Part shown: in pieces, positions 16,087-22,005 of the stretch | Layout: each line of letters starts with the position of its first letter | Position numbering within the stretch: the first letter of the stretch is position 1 | NCBI GenBank assembly: GCA_965226635.1 | Contig: OZ245369.1 | Span: 972,972 to 996,971, forward strand | DNA length: 24,000 nt | Direction of reading: 5' to 3' | Origin: Desulfobacteraceae bacterium | Lineage (GTDB): Bacteria; Desulfobacterota; Desulfobacteria; Desulfobacterales; Desulfobacteraceae | Program-made: the position numbers and the translations under genes | The notes under the pieces: generated by a model | Told to the model about the DNA's origin: nothing | The model's database searches: none | The model's input: the letters and a program-made list of their open reading frames with translations, nothing else

Positions 16087-16383
16087 ATGAACTTTGTAAA
16101 CCCCGTGCAACGCCCCCTCTCCGATGAAGAAGCAGCCCGTCTGTTCAAAGCCTTGGGCCACCCGACACGCCTTCAGATTCTGAAGTTTTTACTGGCCTCG
16201 GGCCAGGGGTTCTGTGGTGAGATCGTTAAGCAATTCCCCTTTTCCCAGTCCACCATCAGTCAACACCTGAAACTCCTCCGCCAATCCGGCCTCATACAGC
16301 GCCAGGGGGTGGGGGCCAAATCCCGTTTTTCGGTGAATCCACAGATGCTGGACCGACTGAAAGCAACCCTAAAACACATATAA
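16087..16383 (+). CDS. arsR: ArsR/SmtB-family metalloregulator
   Basis: LFKALGHPTRLQILKFL.., FCGEIV and SQSTISQHLKLLRQSGLI winged-HTH signature. A single Cys (Cys43) sits at the alpha-3 sensing position. Confidence 0.9.
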   Translation: MNFVNPVQRPLSDEEAARLFKALGHPTRLQILKFLLASGQGFCGEIVKQFPFSQSTISQHLKLLRQSGLIQRQGVGAKSRFSVNPQMLDRLKATLKHI

Positions 16384-16397
16384 ATCAAAGGAGATCA

Positions 16398-17582
16398 ATG
16401 ACCTTTCCCATGGCCCCAAGAGGCAGCGACAAACAGGGCAAGGGCCTATCCTCCAGTGGTGTGCAGATCCTGCCGGACATGGCTGCCCTGCCCTGCTGTG
16501 ACACCGGCGCCCCCCAGGACGACCCCGCCCCTTTTCAACGCCCCGGCTACACCCTCATGCCCTGGGTTAAGACATTTTTCACCACCCCGGTCGGACCGGT
16601 TCCCCAGGTCCATGACCGGCGCAGTCCTAAAGAAAAATGGACCACGGCCCTGGCCCGGTGCGGCATCAACCGCTACGGGTTCACCGTATCCCCCGGACTC
16701 TACGCCGTTGGGGAACCGGACCCGGAAAGTCCGGTGCTGGTCACGGCCAACTTTAAACTCACCTTTGACCAGGTCCGGGAGGCCATGGCCGGCCGGAATG
16801 CCTGGATACTGGTCCTGGATACCCGGGGCATCAATGTCTGGTGCGCCGCAGGCAAGGGCACCTTTGCCACCCATGAAGTGGTGAGGCAGATCCAGGCCTG
16901 CCAATTGGCCCAGGTGGTCTCCCACAGGCGACTGATCCTTCCCCAGCTTGGTGCCACCGGCGTTTCCGCCGGCGAGGTAAAAAGACAATCCGGATTCCGG
17001 GTGATCTACGGCCCCATCCGGTGTACGGACATCCCCGCCTTTCTGGACAACAAATCCAAGGCAACCCCTGAAATGCGCCAGGTCACCTTTACCCTGGGTG
17101 AACGCCTCATCCTCACCCCGGTGGAGGTGCAGATCACCCTGAAGCCCGCCCTGATCACAGCACTCCTCCTCATCCTCCTTTCCGGCATCGGACCCGGGAT
17201 CTTCTCCATTTCCGCAGCCATTGAGCGGGGTGGCATGGCCATGGCCGCCATGGTGGCCGGCATCCTTTCCGGTGCAGTGGCCACCCCGGCCCTTCTGCCC
17301 CATATTCCCGTGCGGGAATTTGCCCTCAAGGGCATCATCACCGGGGCGGTGGCCGCCCTGATTCTCATCCCCATGATGCCTTTGGGCACCCTGGGATTTG
17401 CCGGCGGCAACGCCCTGTTCTGGTTCACCATTGCCATCTCTTCCTTCCTGGCCATGAACTTCACCGGCACCACCCCCTTTACCTCCCCCTCCGGGGTGGA
17501 AAAGGAAATGAAACGCTATATGCCCTTTCAGCTGGCCGGCCTGGTTCTGGCAGCTGGATCGTGGATATATGCCGCCTTTTAA
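16398..17582 (+). CDS. hgcA: Mercury methylation corrinoid protein HgcA
   Basis: Diagnostic cap-helix motif GINVWCAAGKGTF (Cys149 codon at 16842-16844). Also PGY..MPWV, SPVLVTANFKLTFD, LILPQLGATGVSAGEV, a C-terminal block of about 5 TM helices and TPFTSPSGVEKEM. RBS AAAGGAGA. Confidence 0.92.
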   Translation: MTFPMAPRGSDKQGKGLSSSGVQILPDMAALPCCDTGAPQDDPAPFQRPGYTLMPWVKTFFTTPVGPVPQVHDRRSPKEKWTTALARCGINRYGFTVSPGLYAVGEPDPESPVLVTANFKLTFDQVREAMAGRNAWILVLDTRGINVWCAAGKGTFATHEVVRQIQACQLAQVVSHRRLILPQLGATGVSAGEVKRQSGFRVIYGPIRCTDIPAFLDNKSKATPEMRQVTFTLGERLILTPVEVQITLKPALITALLLILLSGIGPGIFSISAAIERGGMAMAAMVAGILSGAVATPALLPHIPVREFALKGIITGAVAALILIPMMPLGTLGFAGGNALFWFTIAISSFLAMNFTGTTPFTSPSGVEKEMKRYMPFQLAGLVLAAGSWIYAAF

Positions 17583-17594
17583 AACGGAGGACCC

Positions 17595-17885
17595 ATGAAA
17601 GACTTTCGACACCTGGAAGACGTGGCCACCCTGGCCCTTGACCGGGACAAATGCATCGGCTGCACCCTGTGCACCCTGGTCTGCCCCCACCAGGTCATTG
17701 AAATGCAGGAAAAAAAGGCCGCCATTGTGGATTTCAACGCCTGTATGGAATGCGGGGCCTGTGTCAATAACTGCCCCACCCAGGCCATTTCCGTAAGCCC
17801 GGGGGTGGGCTGAGCCTCCTATATTATCCAGGTCTGGATAAAGGGAGAGGAAAATGCATCCTGCGGCAGCGGCGGCTGTTGTTGA
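17595..17885 (+). CDS. hgcB: Mercury methylation ferredoxin HgcB, read through an in-frame TGA (17811-17813) as probable selenocysteine (U73); 96 aa
   Basis: MKDFRHL start, with two CxxCxxCxxxCP motifs (CIGCTLCTLVCP, CMECGACVNNCP). The ORF-track stop falls after GVG, where HgcB proteins carry a conserved Cys. The continued frame gives ASYIIQVWIKGEENASCGSGGCC*, ending in the family-typical CC tail. A SECIS-like hairpin follows the TGA. Confidence 0.75.
17815..17850 (+). promoter_or_regulatory. Bacterial SECIS-like stem-loop (recoding signal)
   Basis: The upper stem UUAUCCA (17824-17830) pairs with UGGAUAA (17835-17841) and is closed by a GGUC tetraloop (17831-17834). The loop G lies 21 nt from the U of UGA. 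A lower stem CCUC (17815-17818) pairs with GAGG (17847-17850). From memory, the E. coli fdhF SECIS apex is UGCA-GGUC-UGCA at nearly the same distance. Confidence 0.6.
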
Positions 17886-17951
17886 AAATCCACAACAATT
17901 GATAAAGAACAGATCATTTAAAAAAGGGCCCGTGAACAGGGCCCACATAAC

Positions 17952-17989
17952 AAAAGCGCCGGGAGACGAGTCACCGGCGCTTTTGTTTT
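17952..17989. terminator. Bidirectional rho-independent terminator shared by hgcB and the convergent permease gene
   Basis: AGCGCCGG (17955-17962) pairs with CCGGCGCT (17974-17981) around an 11-nt loop. It is flanked by AAAA upstream and TTTTGTTTT downstream. Confidence 0.75.
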
Positions 17990-18068
17990 ATGCTGTCACA
18001 CCGGGCCTTGGGGCCCGGCAAATATGTCTTGGAAAAAATCCAGGGCCGCCTGGATCTCCCCGCCGGGG

Positions 18069-19526
18069 TTAGCCGATGAGGGCGGGAATCCCCGGAATCA
18101 TGCCCACAATGGCCATGGCACCGGTGCTCACCACAAAGGCGGCCCCGGGAATGACCAGGCGGTCCATGTGGGTGAGGATCTTGGAGCGTTCCCCGTCCCC
18201 GATGAGGCTGTTGTTGTCCAGGAACATGGTCAATGCCCAGCCGAACACGGGGTTAACAAAGGCAGAAGAAAAAATGCAGATTCCTGCGGTCTGGCAGTCC
18301 TTGGTCTCTTTAACCATGGCCATACCCGCCTCCAGAAGCGGGAGATAAACCCCCACCAGCAGGGCGATGCTGAGCACGGGGCGCCACACGGCAATGTCCA
18401 TGGGATAGCCCAGAACCAGGACCACAATACAGATGATGCCGGTGAGGATGGCCCCGCCCGGAATGGGGCGTTTGGCAATGGCCGCCGGAATCATATAGGT
18501 GCCCCAGGAAGAGGTGATGCAGCCGGAACCGAAGATGGCGCAGACCACCTGCCGCAGGGAACAGCCGATCATGGTGTCGTCCACTTCCATGACCACCTCA
18601 TTGGCCTCTTCCGGATAGTTCATCTCCTGGAAGATCCGATGGCCCAGGAAATCCGGCGGCCACATGGCCACGGCCAGGATGGCAAAGGGAAGGGAGGCAA
18701 TGAAGTGGGACACACTGGGAAGACCGATTTTCCAACCGGTATCGGCCCCCCACCAATAAAAGGGGTTCAGGTTGGGCAACCCCGGTGAGGTGGTGAATTC
18801 AAAGGGCGCTCCCAGGCCCAGGGCCACCAGGGCGGCGGTGAGGGAACAGATGGGAATGGCCAGCCAGCGTTTCTTGATCCGGGCCAGGTAGGCGTAAAGG
18901 ATCAGGTTCACAAACAGGACAAAAAAGCCGATATATCCCATGTTGATCCCGTGGGCCCAGTCCATCATGGCCGATGCCTGGCCCAGGGTGCCCTTGGCGC
19001 CCAGGAAGACCAGCAGGCCCCCGGCCACCCCGGCACTGGTGGCATTGATCAGCCGGGATCCCCCCTTGGTGATACTGAGAATCACCCCAAACAGTGCAAT
19101 GAGAATCCCCAGGGCAAGGGGATGGGTTCCCGAAGCCGCCATGAGGGGAATCAAGGGCATCATGGGGCCGTGGATACCGGGCAGGTTGGCCCGGGGATTA
19201 AAGGTCCCTGAAAACAAAATTACAAACAACAACGAGACCACCAGCATGTCCACTCTTACGTTTTCAACGATAAAGGCGGTGTCCAGTCCGTACACGTCTG
19301 CAAAGGCCCGGGTCAGTGCGGAACACATGACCACCAGGCCGATGGTACCGGCAATGGCAGGAATAAAGTCCTCCAGCTCAATCCGATAATCACGGAACGG
19401 CAGGTTCAGTCCCCAGCGCCTGGGCTTCATAATGGACAGCTCATGGTCCAGGTAATCTGACCGCGTTTCAAACTCACTGCAGGACTTATGCAGGGTCCGG
19501 TAACGCGACGAATCCGTCTCTTTCAT
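18069..19526 (-). CDS. Polytopic inner-membrane protein, putative permease of unidentified family
   Basis: ATG at 19526 lies 6 nt after AAGGAGG (reverse complement of 19533-19539). The product is about 485 aa with at least 10 hydrophobic segments (e.g. IAGTIGLVVMCSAL, LVVSLLFVILFSG, LALGILIALFGVILSI) and a soluble N-terminal region of about 40 aa. I could not confidently match it to a family. Confidence 0.7.
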   Translation of the reverse strand: MKETDSSRYRTLHKSCSEFETRSDYLDHELSIMKPRRWGLNLPFRDYRIELEDFIPAIAGTIGLVVMCSALTRAFADVYGLDTAFIVENVRVDMLVVSLLFVILFSGTFNPRANLPGIHGPMMPLIPLMAASGTHPLALGILIALFGVILSITKGGSRLINATSAGVAGGLLVFLGAKGTLGQASAMMDWAHGINMGYIGFFVLFVNLILYAYLARIKKRWLAIPICSLTAALVALGLGAPFEFTTSPGLPNLNPFYWWGADTGWKIGLPSVSHFIASLPFAILAVAMWPPDFLGHRIFQEMNYPEEANEVVMEVDDTMIGCSLRQVVCAIFGSGCITSSWGTYMIPAAIAKRPIPGGAILTGIICIVVLVLGYPMDIAVWRPVLSIALLVGVYLPLLEAGMAMVKETKDCQTAGICIFSSAFVNPVFGWALTMFLDNNSLIGDGERSKILTHMDRLVIPGAAFVVSTGAMAIVGMIPGIPALIG

Positions 19527-19589
19527 CCGAATCCTCCTTAAGGTAGGGCTATGAAATAAAGGGTGTTTATTTAGTGAACAGCATTCGGC

Positions 19590-19619
19590 CTTATAGGTTA
19601 ACCCATTGCTTTCTGTCAA
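19590..19619 (-). promoter_or_regulatory. Putative sigma-70 promoter of the permease gene
   Basis: On the minus strand: TTGACA (19619-19614), 18-nt spacer, TATAAG (19595-19590). Confidence 0.35.
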
Positions 19620-19864
19620 GAAAAGATCATATTTTGCAAAAAATAGAAATTTTTATCTGGATTTCGCAATATATCTAATCAAACCCCAAACCCCGGATTG
19701 ACAGGTCCCTGGGATACGATAACACTTTCGTCCCTTGGAAAAATTCCAATTCCGAAAATTCAGTACCACAGGGTGCCACAAAAAAGAACCCCACCCTTTT
19801 TGGTTAAACGCTGTACCAAAAATTCAAAACCCCCTTCTTCACCGGGAATTGGCACCCGCTTCCT

Positions 19865-19963
19865 CCCGGGGGAAGGCCATGGCTCTTTTTCACCATTCCA
19901 GGGTTCCGGGAGCTACCCTTTTCCGCCATCTGAATCCAAACCTCCCTGCCCCGGGGGAAGGCC
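19865..19963 (+). repeat. Pair of 14-bp direct repeats CCCGGGGGAAGGCC, 85 bp apart, in a C-rich non-coding spacer
   Basis: Exact copies at 19865-19878 and 19950-19963. Confidence 0.9.
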
Positions 19964-20001
19964 CCAATCCCCCGCCCCTTGAAAAGAGATGCAAAAAGTG
20001 C

Positions 20002-20032
20002 TTGACACGGCCCCGCCGCATATGTTCCTATA
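20002..20032 (+). promoter_or_regulatory. Possible promoter for the aromatic leader / DAHP synthase transcript
   Basis: A perfect TTGACA (20002-20007) is followed at 18-19 nt by TCCTAT/CCTATA. The -10 element is weak, so this is tentative. Confidence 0.3.
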
Positions 20033-20063
20033 CGTAGATACAAACAAGGAAAATATAACCCAT

Positions 20064-20144
20064 ATGAAATTCACCACCGCAGACAACACTCGTTTTTATT
20101 ACTGGTATTTTAGATACCTGGGGTTGCCTGTGCGCGAAGATTAA
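20064..20144 (+). CDS. Aromatic-amino-acid-rich leader peptide (26 aa): MKFTTADNTRFYYWYFRYLGLPVRED
   Basis: ATG at 20064, TAA at 20142-20144. Seven of eight consecutive codons (20094-20117) encode Phe/Tyr/Trp. A strong terminator lies directly upstream of the DAHP synthase gene, 25 nt after the leader stop. Confidence 0.65.
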   Translation: MKFTTADNTRFYYWYFRYLGLPVRED

Positions 20145-20168
20145 TGGGATAAAAACATAATCTTAAAA

Positions 20169-20205
20169 GGCCGCAGGCGATACCGCCAGCGGCCTTTTTG
20201 GGTTT
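20169..20205 (+). terminator. Attenuator: rho-independent terminator in the DAHP synthase leader
   Basis: GGCCGC-A-GGCG / ATAC / CGCC-A-GCGGCC (20169-20194) is followed by TTTTTGGGTTT. It sits 42 nt before the aro gene ATG, so it must be bypassed for expression. Confidence 0.75.
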
Positions 20206-20246
20206 CAACGGCGGTCTCCCCAAGGTAAAAAAAAAGGAACACTGCC

Positions 20247-21311
20247 ATGAAACAGACCTATGACATCCGCGTCAAAACATTCAAACCCCTCACCTCTCCG
20301 GCGCAGATGAAGACCCAGCTCCCGGTATCCGATACCGTGGCCGACGTGGTCCTTGAGGGCCGCAGGGAAGTGGAAGACATCCTCTCCGGCAAGGACAAAC
20401 GGCTCCTGGTCATCTCCGGCCCCTGCTCCATCCACGACACAGAGGCCGCCATGGACTATGCCAAACGGCTGGCCGCCCTTCGGGAAGAGGTCAAGGAGGA
20501 CATCTGTCTGGTCATGCGGGTCTACTTTGAAAAACCCCGGACCACCGTGGGCTGGAAGGGGCTGATCAACGACCCCTTCCTGGATTCCTCCTATAATGTG
20601 GAACAGGGACTGCGCACGGCACGGCAACTCCTCATCGACATCAACGGCCTGGGCCTTCCCACGGCCACGGAGATCCTGGATCCCATCACCCCCCAATACA
20701 TTGCCGGTCTGCTCACCTGGGTGGCCGTGGGTGCCCGGACAACGGAATCCCAGATCCACAGGGAAATGGCCTCGGGCCTTTCCATGCCCGTGGGCTTTAA
20801 AAACGGCACCGACGGAAGCCTGGGTGCGGCGGTCAACGCCATGCAGGCGGCCAAGGCCCCCCAGCACTTCCTGGGGGTGGATCCCGAAGGTTTCTCCGCC
20901 GTGGTGGCCACCACGGGCAACCCCTATGGGCACATGGTCCTCAGGGGCGGTGTCCAGCCCAACTACGATCCCATCTCCGTGGGCCGGGCCCAGGACCGCC
21001 TCCGGGAAAAGGATCTTCTGGACGGCATTGTGGTGGACTGTTCCCATGACAACTCCGGTCAAAAATGCTCGGGCCAGGCATTTGTCTTCAAATCCGTTGT
21101 GGACCAGCGCCTGGACGGCAACGACCGCATTGTGGGCCTCATGCTGGAGAGCAACCTGAAGGCGGGAAACCAGAAATGCGTGGGCGACGGCAGTTCCCTT
21201 GAATACGGGGTCTCCATCACCGACGAGTGCATCTGCTGGGACAACACCGTGGGCCTGATCCGATGCGCCCATAAAAAACTGGTCGCAGCCCAGTCCAAGG
21301 CCGGTAAATAA
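20247..21311 (+). CDS. aroF: 3-deoxy-7-phosphoheptulonate (DAHP) synthase, class I alpha (AroF/AroG type)
   Basis: LLVISGPCSIHD, VMRVYFEKPRTTVGWKGLINDP, GARTTESQIHREMASGLSMPVGFKNGTDGSL, VVDCSHDNS and YGVSITDECICW. From memory these motifs are nearest to E. coli AroF, but the isozyme and feedback specificity cannot be assigned. Confidence 0.93.
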   Translation: MKQTYDIRVKTFKPLTSPAQMKTQLPVSDTVADVVLEGRREVEDILSGKDKRLLVISGPCSIHDTEAAMDYAKRLAALREEVKEDICLVMRVYFEKPRTTVGWKGLINDPFLDSSYNVEQGLRTARQLLIDINGLGLPTATEILDPITPQYIAGLLTWVAVGARTTESQIHREMASGLSMPVGFKNGTDGSLGAAVNAMQAAKAPQHFLGVDPEGFSAVVATTGNPYGHMVLRGGVQPNYDPISVGRAQDRLREKDLLDGIVVDCSHDNSGQKCSGQAFVFKSVVDQRLDGNDRIVGLMLESNLKAGNQKCVGDGSSLEYGVSITDECICWDNTVGLIRCAHKKLVAAQSKAGK

Positions 21312-21394
21312 CCCGTCTCCATCCCCCTGCCCTGCCGCCCCCGGTCGCGGGTCGCACCCCCTCTGCCCCCCGTGGGGACAGGGCGATACCATAA

Positions 21395-21410
21395 GTCGCA
21401 TTTCTGCGAC
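21395..21410. promoter_or_regulatory. Palindrome GTCGCA-N4-TGCGAC, candidate enhancer (UAS) for the downstream sigma-54 promoter
   Basis: Perfect 6+6 inverted repeat about 110-125 bp upstream of the -24 element. A further GGTCGC-G-GGTCGCA lies at 21343-21356. Alternatively it is part of the aroF 3' structure. Confidence 0.3.
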
Positions 21411-21425
21411 CCACCCTACCCACCC

Positions 21426-21450
21426 GGCAGGCTCCCGCCAAGGGCCTGCC
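21426..21450 (+). terminator. Possible aroF terminator hairpin
   Basis: GGCAGGC (21426-21432) pairs with GCCTGCC (21444-21450) around an 11-nt loop. An A/T-rich tract follows, but there is no clean U-run. Confidence 0.35.
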
Positions 21451-21518
21451 GAACCAAAAATAAATTTTGCACTAATTTTTCAAATAGTTATACTTTTAAA
21501 TTCTTTTTTCCTCCCCCA

Positions 21519-21534
21519 TGGCACACCCATTGCT
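21519..21534 (+). promoter_or_regulatory. Sigma-54 (RpoN) -24/-12 promoter
   Basis: TGGCAC-ACCCA-TTGCT is an exact match to the TGGCAC-N5-TTGCW consensus with correct GG/GC spacing, 77 nt upstream of the ATG at 21611. An IHF-like TTTCAAATAGTTA lies at 21478-21490 in an AT-rich tract. Confidence 0.7.
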
Positions 21535-21610
21535 TTATGGATTTGCGTGGTTGCGGGGCAATACAGCCCCTCACCCCGGGTTAGACCGATAATTTTTGGA
21601 GAAAGATAAA

Positions 21611-21997
21611 ATGATACAGGCAATATTCGTGGGCAGTGACAGAGACCTCTTTGCGGAACTTGAACACGTCTTGAATCAGCAATCCCTGGAATCCCTCTGG
21701 ACCGACACTGGAAAATCTGCCCTGGCCCTGCTCACGAATTTGCCTTCCAACGATAAACGGACCGGGGTCCTTGTCATCACCGATGAAACCCTGGACGACA
21801 TGAGTGGAAGGGAACTTATTGAGCAGACCATTACCCAGAGTCCCATGACCAACTGTGCTGCAATAAGTTCCCTTCCCTCTAAGGAATTCCACGAGGTGTA
21901 TGAAGGCCTCGGCATTCTCATGGCCCTGCCCCAACGGCCCACAGCCGATGACGGTCAGGCATTGGTGGCGCATCTTCAACGGATTGCCGCCCTGTAA
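21611..21997 (+). CDS. Hypothetical protein with a CheY-like (pseudo-receiver) pattern
   Basis: ATG at 21611 after GGAGAAAG. MIQAIFVGSD.., VLVITDETLDDMSGRELIE and AAISSL resemble the receiver beta1/beta3/beta4 layout, but the conserved Lys and acidic pair are not evident. The ORF-track TTG start at 21596 is less likely. Confidence 0.55.
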   Translation: MIQAIFVGSDRDLFAELEHVLNQQSLESLWTDTGKSALALLTNLPSNDKRTGVLVITDETLDDMSGRELIEQTITQSPMTNCAAISSLPSKEFHEVYEGLGILMALPQRPTADDGQALVAHLQRIAAL

Positions 21998-22005
21998 GGC
22001 AGGCC

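Noticed and set aside
16446-17948. 500-aa ORF on the minus strand, antisense to hgcA and hgcB
   Set aside because: It gives a Gly/His/Pro-rich low-complexity translation. It lies exactly opposite two genes with unmistakable family signatures, has no RBS, and is a typical high-GC shadow ORF.
17854-18072. 72-aa ORF (MHPAAAAAVVENPQQ..) listed downstream of hgcB
   Set aside because: Its 5' part overlaps, out of frame, the hgcB extension that ends in the conserved CC tail. The rest runs through the bidirectional terminator. It has no RBS and no family resemblance.
19850-19864. Sigma-54-like TGGCAC-CCGCT-TCCT
   Set aside because: The -24 half is perfect, but the essential -12 GC is replaced by CC. 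Shifting the register by one breaks the spacing. It is not credible compared with the perfect site at 21519-21534.
19527-20001. A cobalamin or other riboswitch near the corrinoid-dependent hgcA neighbourhood
   Set aside because: By eye I found no B12-box-like (GCCACUG-type) core or other riboswitch core I recognise, on either strand. The region is also not in the 5' leader of hgcA. A covariance-model scan would be needed to exclude it formally.
19698-20037. Two overlapping ORFs (94 aa and 100 aa) in the C-rich spacer
   Set aside because: They are Pro-rich low-complexity products of C-rich DNA and overlap each other in different frames. They have no RBS and run through the putative aro promoter. 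The region is treated as non-coding and reported as a finding instead.
20205-21401. 398-aa ORF antisense to DAHP synthase. Similar shadow ORFs occur at 6839-7522 (-), 10383-11276 (+), 14975-15745 (+) and 18024-18788 (+).
   Set aside because: For the same reason: they lie opposite strongly supported genes and give low-complexity products.
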